Below, in pieces: positions 48,889-59,907 of a stretch of DNA of 64,000 bases. Numbering within the stretch: the first letter of the stretch is position 1; each line of letters opens with the position of its first letter. The stretch is from Takakia lepidozioides. Lineage: Eukaryota; Plantae; Bryophyta. Below the pieces are notes generated by a model, which saw only the letters and a program-made list of their open reading frames with translations, had not been told where the DNA came from and searched no databases. The DNA is taken from the NCBI GenBank assembly GCA_030704615.1, contig CM060732.1:25296001-25360000 (forward strand). Reading direction: 5' to 3'. The translations under genes and the position numbers were made by a program.

Positions 48889-49764
48889 ATGGGTCATGAC
48901 CATTTTCGAGCGAGCGTGGCAGCAAATCTCTTGCGCCGGAAGACACGAGTGACGGCCTCCTCTGGAGGTCAAAGAAAGTTAATTATTCTGAGTGTTGTTG
49001 GTTTATTGTGCTATAAACCCAAGCCTGTTGGATCACAGAGGTTCCTTGAACAAATTTTCCCTCGTGCCAAAATTCCCTACGATTGGGACAATGTCGTTTC
49101 TCGTCCAGGTCTTCTTGAATTTCTTGAACTTGCGTTCAACCATTACCATGTGGGTATATGGTCCTGTGGAGTTCAGCATATGGTTGAGCTTCTTGCATAT
49201 CTTCTCCCGAAGGATATGGTCAGGAAATTTTGCTTTATCTGGTGTCGGGATACTTGCACCAAGCTTCCTACCTACATTGCCTCAACACAGCCGTTCTACA
49301 TTAAAGACATTGTTGGTCTTTGGGAACACTTCGGGAGAAGTTCTAAGCCCTACGGCCAAAAAGGCCAAACACTTTTGATTGATGATGAGCCCACCAAAGC
49401 CCTGAGGAACCCTTTAAACACTGGTTTTTACCCGAGATCCTTTGATGACACTCTAACGCCGATCGTCAAGGAGGGACGAGATTCTTTTGTTGAGGATCTT
49501 GTTAAGGCTTTATGGCCATTCCTTTCTGGCATGATGTCATCTCCGACAGTTCAAGAGTACATGGAGGAGAATTACTGGAAGTGTGCAAATGTTCAGATAC
49601 CTGTCGATAGCTCTCACCCTGATTGGATTTGGCTAGCGAGATATGTAAATCCCCTAGGGATTACTAACCCTTGTGTGTTTTTAGGTATGTTCCCACCTCT
49701 TTGCTTTCAACTTCTTCTTTTTATGTCAACCGATGTGTCTTGGAGTAGTAGGTTAAGAGGTTAG
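48889..49764 (+). CDS. FCP1/NIF-like HAD phosphatase domain with a degenerate catalytic motif
   Basis: RKLIILSVVGLL, RPGLLEFL, VGIWS, FIW, IKDI..LW, TLLIDDEPTKALRNP. Confidence 0.75.
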   Translation: MGHDHFRASVAANLLRRKTRVTASSGGQRKLIILSVVGLLCYKPKPVGSQRFLEQIFPRAKIPYDWDNVVSRPGLLEFLELAFNHYHVGIWSCGVQHMVELLAYLLPKDMVRKFCFIWCRDTCTKLPTYIASTQPFYIKDIVGLWEHFGRSSKPYGQKGQTLLIDDEPTKALRNPLNTGFYPRSFDDTLTPIVKEGRDSFVEDLVKALWPFLSGMMSSPTVQEYMEENYWKCANVQIPVDSSHPDWIWLARYVNPLGITNPCVFLGMFPPLCFQLLLFMSTDVSWSSRLRG

Positions 49765-52239
49765 AATGGGTCAGTATGCACGGGAGGTCTCCCGTCCCTT
49801 CTGCGCACCATGAATCTGAAAAGTATACTGATTTGTCTCATGGATTGGTTTATTTGTTCCAGTCAAGGCCAAGCGTCGTATGAAGTCAACATCCGACAAG
49901 AAGAAGGATGGACATACCACACCAATAGGCCAGGAGGGTCTCTGGAGGTATATGAGTATTTCTGAGGAGGAGATCTGCTGGCGAGCACAACGCCCTCAAA
50001 CAGATGTAGGGAACCGGAATATCCAACTGGGGAGATCTGGGATGAGAGTAGAATCCGCTACCCGTTTTTACTAGTCGGGTGACAGTCTTCCACCAGTTGG
50101 GATATTGTAAATAATGTACATTGACAATGACGCTATTCTCTAAGCACAAATTATGAATACGTGCACAGAGAACACAAAGCACAGCCATGATATCCATCGC
50201 TCTGACATGAAATGAATAAAAAACAATGAACCATTTCGGTTTTGGAATTCATTACTCATGTCGATATGAGAGTATCACCACAGGAGAGCTCCCTTACCTG
50301 ACTATGTGCATGTTTTGGTTTTGTCATCACACCCGTCAGACTCTTTTAGATTAGAGAGCGTGAGTAAGGACGGGAGGTCTCCCGTCCTCTTTGCCTTTCT
50401 ATTTGTGCTTGTTCCTGTTAGATCCCTCATTCTCTTATGGCTTTGGTGGGTTGTTGTAACTTGTGCATGTTTACCCCTCAATTTAATTTGACTATTCCTG
50501 ATGTGTATCGCTAATTGGGAGGGGAGACCTCCCATCTGTCCTGGTCCGCATGTGTTTTGTGCGTGGAGCTATGACTTACATGAATGAAGAATAATCGGTT
50601 CACGACCTTGCCTGTGACCTCGGAATCCGCTAGGTGGTTCTTATTTTATGGATGACGCCCTTGAGGAACCGGTCTGAGACTCGAGGACGATGATAGACAG
50701 AGAAAGACAGTCCTGTCGAAGGGCTGATGCATTGGAGCCGAACTGTTCGAATGAATTGGCTTCTATAGAGATTTTGTTCAGGATTGGTTTGTGTCGAAGA
50801 CTATGGTTTTGGGTCCTATGGGATGGTGATGGTTGATTAGTGCCCATAGCCAGGGTCCTCAATGGCTGTACAAATTTGGTTTGGTGATGCTCTAATAAAT
50901 TACTCTGGACATTTTGGGACGTATCTTGACGGGATGTCTTTCTATCTTACCATGTTCTAATCATAGATCGGGAGATCTCCCTTGCCTCAGTGGAGATGTC
51001 GAACTTGGGACAATAGTCATAATTCTCCTGTACTTCTGGAGTGACAATGTTTGGCATTTTTTTGTAGGCTAATATCAAAAAATTGAAGCAACTGTGATTG
51101 ACAGGAGGTCTCCCGTTCTGCCCGTGAAACTGTAGAAAACTAGGACTTCAACTCATATTAGGGATGTGATCAGGGTATGGATTCTCTGGGAACAACAATA
51201 TTTCCTAAACATCTACTACAATAAACTTAATAAAATCATTTAAATTTATTTTCATACTGAATTTTTATTCAATTTAAATAAATAAATAAATAAATATGTT
51301 ATTCCTGGACTTTGGAAAGTCTAGATTTACTTAAAATCCAGTCACAACAGCAAGGTTCAATTCCAAAACATGACAATCCCTCTTGACTCCACGAAGAAAT
51401 GAGGCGGAGGTGTCTGAGGTGAGTCTGTAAAAACTAATGGAGAGAGAGAGAGAGGACTTGCACACAGAGCAGATAGACCATTCTCTAATATTTTCCCACC
51501 CCTCCCCAAAACCTGCACTCCCCATTTTGGCGGCCGCGTGGTAGATCCTGGGGAGTTGTGCCCGCCCGCCCATGGGAGGCATGGCATACCCATGTCGAGC
51601 CATCGCATGGGTCTGCCTCTCCAGGTATAAAGGGGAGGCTCCTTGAGTCACTCTCCCTCTCAACTTTTGGACACGGCGAAGCCCTACTCAAAAGTTCACC
51701 TCCCTGTTTAAACAGCTTGAAAGGGATGAGGAGATTGGGAAGGTGAGATTGCGTTTGCGTTTGCGTTTGTGTTCTTGAGAGGGAGGCTTGAGAGGAGGCT
51801 TGATAGCAGGAGGCTTAAGAGTAGCCTTGAGAGAAGGGTGCTTGCGATTCCTTCAATTCGTTGAGGAGGTTGCAATTCTGTAGGTGTTTCGATTCTCAGC
51901 AGAATAGCTGCGCGTTTGGATAGCTGCGCGATTTTCTGTTTCAGTGGTGTTCCAATTTGCTATTTCAGTTCTATATTTCATGCGTGTGATCTCTTTGGTG
52001 GTATCCAATGATTGCATTTCCGTCATGGCAGCAAGGTATGCAATCTGGCTCTTTTTTGTCCCTTCAAATCTCCCCGCACTCATTGCATTAGGGTATTTTC
52101 TCAACGGAGGTCCCCTCTGCTAAAAATTCATTTGAGACCTCCTCTGCTAAATCTTCAGGGAGGCCTCCCCTTCAAATTTCGGGGTTTTGGTCTCCCGTGC
52201 TTCACAGGGGAGGTCTCCCGTGGACATTCTCCCGAGGTC

Positions 52240-52650
52240 TCAGGGGAGGTCTCCCATCACGTCCCGTGCTTCTCCAGTGACTAATCTCATGGGATAGAAA
52301 TCTCACGGGAGACCTCTCTTGACAGTTACATCGTAGGGTCGAAAAGCGTGAGAGAGTCAGTTCTGTCCATCGATAAAAAAGGTCACACGGAAAGTTGTTA
52401 CTGACATTGATTCACTCCCTTATCATCTCTGGTCTCTCATGGACATTCTCAGGGGAGGTCTCCTGTCACGTCTCGTGCTTCTCCAGTGACTAATCTCATG
52501 GGATAGAAATCTCACGGGAGACCTCTCCTGAGATTTATATCGTAGGGTCGAAAAGCGTGAGAGAGTCAGTTCTATCCATCGGTAAAAAAGTCACACGGAA
52601 AGTTGTTACTGACATTGATTCACTCCCTTATCATCTCTGGTCTCCTGTGG
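52240..52650 (+). repeat. Two-copy ~205-bp tandem duplication
   Basis: AGGGGAGGTCTCC...GTGCTTCTCCAGTGACTAATCTCATGGGATAG...TTATCATCTCTGGTCTC present twice. Confidence 0.9.
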
Positions 52651-53084
52651 ACAGAAAAAAACTCAAAAAAACTCCCACTTCCCATATAAATGTGTACAAG
52701 CATGCTTCTCATTGATATTACTCCTCAAAGTATCCAGCTTCACATATTTCATCTTCCGGCCTGATTTTTATTTTGCTTATTGAAAGCTGCATCCATATCG
52801 TGCATAAGTGCATACTGCACCTTCGATATTGATACCTAGGTTTTCCTGACAAAAATGGACCTGATACTGGTATCAAGTACCAGATTTTCAACCACCTACT
52901 AGACTGGTAGGGTATCGTCCACAGTATTAGGAAGCACATACCAGGCCAATACGGGTATATGCTAGGTAGTGGCATGAGGCGATACTAGACTGGTCTGGTA
53001 TTTCATACCAGTATTGATACCAATATTGATACCAGTTTCTTATCGGTATATCAGTCCAACACTGTTCGTGACCCTTCCCCGACC

Positions 53085-53530
53085 TAGGTCCAATGCGGTA
53101 GGGTCTACTGGCCTTGGTCTACCGGGGTCCAATGCAGTGGGTCCACTGGATCCCACTGCCAAGGTGGGTCCACCCTCCTAGGCGACAGTGGGGTTGACTC
53201 CAAGCTTTTATTTGGATAAGTCATTAAAAACTTGAAAGTGTAGCAGCAAACAGCAGGTAGTGTGGTGGTTGGGTGTATTGACTAGAATCCGGGTTCAATT
53301 CTGGTTCATGTGCAATAATGATGGTTTTTTTTATGGACAAGTTTTTCCGAAAAAAATTCTAAGTTCCGCGGGCAGGCGGACGGCTGCGGCGCGGCGAGTG
53401 GACCCGACGAGGCGGGCTGCAGCGGGTAGCGAGTAGACCCGGAACCCCCGCGAGTAGACCCTACAATTGGACCGAGTAGACCCGACCCGCGAGTAGACCC
53501 GCGAGCAGACCCGAGTAGACCTGGACCCGC
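53085..53530. repeat. GC-rich subterminal-type repeats (GAGTAGACCC and inverse), probable MITE remnant
   Basis: CGAGTAGACC x5 at 53430-53521; GGTCTAC/GGGTCCAC in the opposite orientation at 53100-53175. Confidence 0.5.
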
Positions 53531-53936
53531 CGGGTGGCCTGTGCATGGGGCCGTTGCCTGGCCCACACGTGAGACTTAAAGACCCAATTAACCTAAAATG
53601 AGAGCCCTCGTAATTAGCAGCTGTAGCAGATTCACGTTGAAACTGCCTATGACTGGAAGGGGAGATCGACCTCTGAAGATTTTTCATGTCGCCATTTTTC
53701 TTCCTACTGTCACATTTCTGGTGCATTGCATCGCTGTGCAATAACGCACCGCCCAAGCATTATTTAACACCGCACGCAAAGCCAAATCCGATTGTGGTCG
53801 ATATGAACATCCTCAGAAGCTCAAGATGCCCGAGTAAATCTTTTAATGAAGAACACAAATGTGCATCAAACTTGCACACGAAATCTCCAAACCAAATCCC
53901 AGCTGGAAATCTTGAGTAGGGGCCACATGCGCGCCC

Positions 53937-54046
53937 AAAAAAATTTGAGACCATTTCTCGATTTGTGCCGTGTCATCATCCTTGCGCAGGGGCCATGCTA
54001 ATCTTCTCTATATCGTTCCAATTTTATCAAATGTCTCCAAAGAGAC
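53937..54046 (-). ncRNA. U6: U6 spliceosomal snRNA, variant or probable pseudogene
   Basis: GTCTCTTTGGAGACATTTGATAAAATTGGAACGATATAGAGAAGATTAGCATGGCCCCTGCGCAAGGATGATGACACGGCACAAATCGAGAAATGGTCTCAAATTTTTTT; T-run terminator. Confidence 0.93.
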
Positions 54047-54069
54047 AAGAAGTAGAATGCTGATTTCTA

Positions 54070-54110
54070 ATTTATAGCAAGGAGTCAGTTATATGCAAAC
54101 GGTATGGGAT
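54070..54110 (-). promoter_or_regulatory. U6 Pol III promoter: TATA (-30) and USE (-64 to -54)
   Basis: TATAAAT at 54076-54070; ATCCCATACCG at 54110-54100, resembling the plant USE RTCCCACATCG. Confidence 0.8.
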
Positions 54111-55997
54111 ATATGCTCAAAGTGATGTTTTGGCAAATGCCCTTTAACCCTTGCCTGTGGTCGTATTCGGATTATCGTTGCTGACTTTAGCCCAGCCATG
54201 AAATGAATCATGTGGCACCTTCCGCTAATGTATCGCAGCGACCCAAAAAATTAAACCTGGTCTCACCTCCATTGCGAGTCTGCCCTTGGCTCCTCCAAGG
54301 CATTCTCTGTTACTACCACAGCCTAATTAATTATTCCTTCGCACAAAGTAGGGACTGGGGTACTTATTCACTCAGTTTTCTGTTTCCATTGGGAACATTG
54401 ATTGGATCATGTTCCCATGTCGATCCCCAACTGCATTAGTTGGCAATTTGACATGATGTTCAAGTTGCTGGTTTGAGGTACTCTCAGCGACCAGGGGGGC
54501 TGCTACACCTCCTCAGCACCTGAAACAAGTCATCATCCATTGCCGTCTTACATACAGCTTGGAAGGATACTCTCACCTCTGGTCGGTCCCATCAGGAACT
54601 GATTCACAAGGATGTTGAGAAGCACATTAGCTACCTTAATGGATGGCTCATGCTTTTCTCAGCAGTTGCAAGATGGAAAATTATCTTGCAACTCATATTC
54701 TGATGTCCTTATGTGCAGTAGTTTGCTATTGTTGAAGTTCGCTAATGTACTCAATTCTTTGCCCCCGACATTAGATGCGACAGAACTAACAACAATGGAC
54801 CGCAGTTGGTTGATTTGGCTGGGAGAGTCTAGTTAAAGCATCTTAAAAACCCAGTTAGAACGTTAGAGCGACCTTGCATTTCACTGTGAGCAGAGTACAT
54901 TAGCATGTGGGGTCGGAGAGAGACTCTCCAACTACAAATTGATGACTCATGTTGACTCACACCGTGCAGTGTGTTTGATTGTTGATAGCAGAAAGCTGTC
55001 TACTGAGGGTCACCTCTATATGCTCAACTGCAGTAGGAACCAGATTACAGAGTACCTAGTGATCAAGCGGACATAACCTTGATAAATGTTGCGCTATTAC
55101 AGCTTGGACAGTCGCCTACCCCCAATTCCTCCCCTCCACCTGGGGTCAACCTCAGCAAACCAAAGTGATGGGAGACAGTAAAGACACAATATCTCGGTCT
55201 GTTCCTCTCTCTCTCTCCCCTAGCCTCTCTATGGTGTTGAGTGTGGCACATTTGAAGCTCAATCCAAAGGGGTGGCCTCGAGGATGGATTAATATGCAGG
55301 ATCACTGACAAGAGACAGATCTGAGGAACTTCCTCTCAAGCTGCAACAGTTCAATGGGCAAGCGGCTACAGGAACTACTCCCCTAGATCAAAGCAAAAGG
55401 AATCATTGCTAGGGGAGCCTGCTGCCAGCACTCACAAATGAGGATCAAAGCTGCAGCTAATCAAACCAACAATGTACTTGCAGTGGTACAATACTGCTGC
55501 GTGTCTCACATCTCACGGTGAAAAACTCACCTCCTACTTTTTCTTCACTCACCATCAGATTAGTCATCTCTATAGTGATGCCCAATACCTGACTTCAGAA
55601 GACGAGCTGGTACCAAGGGGGGCACGGGGAGCAGCGGGCGGGCGGGGGCGGGGCAGCAGGCGGAGGACTAGGACTGTATGTTAGTATAACAGGCATGACA
55701 CATTTGATTGTAGGTGTGAGAAATCTCCCTTCACCCACTGGGAGAAAGGCTGTAGTACATGGTCATGCGACTCAACATCTGTGTGATGGCTAGTGTGGCA
55801 TTTTATGGGTACGCTCTCTCACCTCCAGTGCCCCAGCCATACATCTGAAAGAATCTCTTGGATTTATGCTGAAGTTGCCATTGCATGGCTGCCAGTTGTG
55901 CGGCATAAGCACTCTTCCTTCAGTCTGGCAACATGCAGCAAGCCTCATGTGGAGTTTTCACAGAAGTTGTAACCGACCACATATACAGCCTGTACCT

Positions 55998-58538
55998 TTA
56001 TACAGACAACGCCTGTCTTTGTTTCATCTCTTTAAAAACGCGAGATGCATCATTGAGTCTGTTGGCTCCCTCATACACGCGGACCATTGTCAGATACAAT
56101 GCCTTCTCACCAACCCCGCCTTCCTCTTTTAGCTTAGCAAATATGGCCTCTGCTGCTTTTATTTCACCTGCATGCCCATGCATTTCCATCATCTTCCAGT
56201 GAACATCCTCCCCAAAAACTAACCCTTCTTCCCGGATATTTTGATAAAATCTCTCTGCCTCTCGCACCTGCTGCAGTTTGCCATAGGCCCCCAACACCAT
56301 GAGACAAGTGTCAGAGTCTGGTAACAGGTTCCCTCCCCTCATTGCTTCAAACACGTTGATAGCAGGAGTTGCTTTATTTGCCCGTACACAAAGCTGAATG
56401 ACGTTTTTGTAGACTAATGGATCCTTAATTTCCCCAGCCTTTTGAGCTCGCCAAAATTGTTTAGCAGCTTCCTCCAGCTTCCCAGCCATGGCTAACACAT
56501 TGATGGCTGTATCGCGGGAGACATCTTCTGACTGCTTTATTTCTTCGAGAAGACGCTTTGCAAGCCCAATCAACCCTGCCTTTTCATACACCACCACCAT
56601 GGACTGATAGAGTATTTCGTCCATAGGAAAACCCTGCACCCGCAAGCTTTGAAAGAGGAGCGCAGCTTTGTCATACTTTCCATTTTTTCCATAGGTTGAA
56701 ATGAGGGCACTATAAGTCATTGCATTCGGTTCAATTCCATTCTTTTCCATTTGTTGCACCATATTCGACACTCTTTGTAGATCATGCGAATCTCCATGGA
56801 GCTTGATCAAGGTGTTGTAAGTGATGACGTTGGGCATGATACCCCTGCTATGCATGAAATGGAATATACGAACTGCCTCGGAAATCAACCCTGCCTCCCC
56901 ATATACATTGATCATAGTATTGAAAGTTACCACATCAGGGGATACCCCCAAGTCCTTCATGCTCCTAAAAAGATTTTCGGCCTCCATTACCAAGTCCAGT
57001 TTCCCATAGACATCGATCATCATGTTGCAAGTAGTGAGGTCTAAGGCGCACCCCTTGGCCTGCATCTCAAAGAAAACTTCCTTGGCCTCCCCGCATTTCT
57101 CATTTTCAGAGTACACATTTATCAGAGTACTGTAGCTTACAGTGTCGGGTTCAATTTCCAACTCTTTCATGTCAGCTAAAAGGCTTTCCGCCTCTTTGTA
57201 CAATTGTGCCTTTCCAAATATGTTGATCATGGAGTTGAACACCACGCGGTCAGGCTGGATACCAGAGGCCTTCATTCTAGTGAATAAAGACACTGCCTTG
57301 GAGAAATTTTTCACCTTCCCAGACAGCTCAATGAGAGTGCTGTATGTCACCAGATCAGGTAATATTCCCTTTTCTTCCATCTTCCGAAACCCAATCAAAG
57401 CGGAATCAAACTTTCCTGCTTTCCCAAATGCGCTGATGAGCGACGAGTAGGTGAATTTGTCAGGAGAGACTCCCTTCTCTATCATCTCCCCCACTAAACC
57501 CCCTCCTCCAGTGTCCACCTCCTTGCCCTCAATGCATTCCTGATCACAATGTTGTAGCCAAACGTTGATGGCCGGTAGCCTCCCTCCTCAAGCATCCAAT
57601 CATGCAGCGCAAGCGCTCGTTGCCAGTCCCTTTCCTGGTTTAACAAAGACATCATAAGCCTAAGCGATAGTTTTCCTTTCCACTCTGCCATTACCTGGAC
57701 CATTTCTTGCGCACTCACTGTCACTTGCAAATCTTTCAGGATTGCGTCTAAGTCAATGAGGTAATCGGGCCTAGTGAAGGTACCTTCGCCTTGATGTGAC
57801 AACACCAGATTTCCTCTAGCAATCGCGCCCCTCTTGACATGTGAATTCGAACTGGAAGCTGCATTCATGCGAGTGGAGGATGCTGCTGAGTGAAGAGTTT
57901 GCGAGCTCCGAGAGGCCGTGATAGAGGGCTCAGCTGCAGCTGCAGGAGAGTCAGATGAAAGAAAGTCTTCATAAAAAAGATCATCATTATCAGCAGGCAA
58001 TTTATTATCTGCATGGACAGTACAGGCATCCGGTAACTTCAGCCTCTGTCTATAAATAAGCAGGTTTACTTCATTCACAGCTTCTATGTCAAAGGAGGAG
58101 CTCTGATCAAACGACGCCACTTCATCCTTAACGGAAACTCTAGACGAGACTTTATCGTGTTCTAGACAGCACTCTTCTCTCACAATTGCCTGTGCAATGG
58201 CCGCGAGCTTGAGCGACGGAGAAAGGCTAAAACTAACACCTCTAACTCTACGTGGAGCCACAGGCACGAACACATGATGCAACCTACAAAACAATTCCCT
58301 CATCCCCGCATCCAATCCTCTACACTCACCACTGTAACTACAAGGCAGGCACACGCGCTGCCGCATTGCACACGATTCCATCATTTCTACTTGCACATAC
58401 GAGCGTGGCGCCACAGGCAGGAACGCTCCCTGCGACCTACAATCCAATTTCCTCATCCCCCCCCTCCAAACCTCTGCTATCTCCGTTGCAAATACATGGC
58501 GGCCACAGGGGCTGCCGCAGAGCACATGACACCACCAT
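55998..58538 (-). CDS. P-class pentatricopeptide repeat protein, At5g39980-like (probably plastid-targeted); two frameshifts in G runs
   Basis: Tandem 35-aa repeats (PDKFTYSSLISAFGK, PDLVTYSTLIEL, LDLTTCNMMIDVYG...RLNDASRV); frame breaks at ~57500 and ~58460. Confidence 0.9.
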
Positions 58539-58699
58539 TTCCCGATCTGCGCAAGGTCGAAGAGATCCCCGACAAGAGAAAAAGGGGAGGAAGGGCTTCC
58601 CGCCGCTGTCGAGAGGAAGCAGACGAGGGTCCAAGGGGGTTTCGTCCGCCACGTCGGGGATTACTTCGTCGACTTCAGCACGAGACTTTGCTAAATCCT

Positions 58700-58912
58700 C
58701 ATCCGTCTTATGAGTTCCTTCGCACTTGTGCCCATCGTGTAGCAGAAAACAAAAGCCTTGGAAGCCCATCTGTTCTTGCAGCTTTCTTTAGACAACGAGT
58801 TTCTGTTGCTTTGCAAAAGGCTCAAGCTCAATCTATTCTACATCGGGCAGAGGTTGCTGGGGCGGCTTCATCTTTCCTGTTGTCTGACCTTCTGCAGGCT
58901 GTAGGTATACTA
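58700..58912 (+). mobile_element. 3'-end fragment of an RLE-type (CRE-like) non-LTR retrotransposon
   Basis: FLRTCAHRVA...FFRQRVSVALQKAQAQSILHRA resembles the QRxSVALQ(K/R) terminus of RLE-type LINEs. Confidence 0.55.
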
Positions 58913-59907
58913 GAATGGTTTGATTTCTTTCTTTGTGTTAATATATCTAGCTCTACGAGCTTTGGTTGTTTCCTTGTTACACCCATTTGTACATTCACCC
59001 CACTTGGGTCTTTTTATAAAGCTATGCAGGTTTTTCTTGACTCCTCCTTGATTGATTCTTTCTGAGGTAGCTGTGAGAGTTGTATTCCTTACTAGGTGTG
59101 TGTTGGTTCTGACACTTGAATGGGAGTAAATACTTGTGACCATCGCTTCTGCATGACTTGGAGCCGGTTACCAGTTCATTGGTTGTGTATTGTGTGTGAA
59201 GGTATCTGCAGCCTTGCTCCCAAGCATGGACTTGGTACTGCTTTCCCTGGATTCATTTTGACTGGCAAGACACATGTCTCTCGGAGCTGGAGCGACACCC
59301 GCCGGTAACCTTAGGGGGGAATAAGAAAGGAAGAGGTATGCTCATGTTGGCCTTTGTCAACCGGTCGTGTCAGGTAATCGCGAGGCGTTGCATCTCCATT
59401 GTTCCCAATGTCAGACAAACACAGCTCTGTGCGGCAAAGATGCTGGGACACATGAAGGATGAGATCAATCCATGCGCCATTGTCAATTATGCATCTCAAG
59501 GACCAGCAAAATAGCAGGGTCCAAATGATTGCTTCTTACTACTTGGGCAAGGAAAAGTTGGGCTTTGACCCTACTTGGGACCCCAACATCGAAAACTCTG
59601 GGTGAAAATATGGTACAAAGCTACATACATACCATGCCATGCTATGTGGCTAAAACTGAACTACGGCAATTGTTGAATGGACAGTCTGGACATGTCCAAA
59701 TATCCAGCTGATCTCAGCAGAAGTGCGAAAAGATCAAGCTCTTCTTCTGTCACTTTCACGAGAGGTTCCTACACAGTAGAGTGATCTCCTCCACCAGACA
59801 CTAAAGAGACCTTCCATCGAAAGACCAATTAACGGCACTGATCTTTGCTAAGAGTGGATAATAAGTAATGCTGCCATTCTCCTTTGAAGACACCTAATTA
59901 GACCAGA

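Larger units (their letters stand above)
22835..52650. mobile_element. Large degenerate DNA-transposon-like region marked by dispersed ACGGGAGATCTCCCGT palindromes; boundaries uncertain; hosts nested LTR elements
   Basis: About 40 exact or degenerate copies between 23070 and 52530, none outside it or inside the nested retroelements; weak inverted match ATTTTAAGTAAATATGGAC (~22838) vs GTCTAGATTTACTTAAAAT (~51319). Confidence 0.55.

Noticed and set aside
23070-52530. Palindromic repeats as a CRISPR array
   Set aside because: Spacing is irregular (tens to thousands of bp), the context is eukaryotic, and no cas genes are present.
58274-59065. 263-aa plus-strand ORF
   Set aside because: Chimera of antisense PPR sequence and a LINE 3' fragment.
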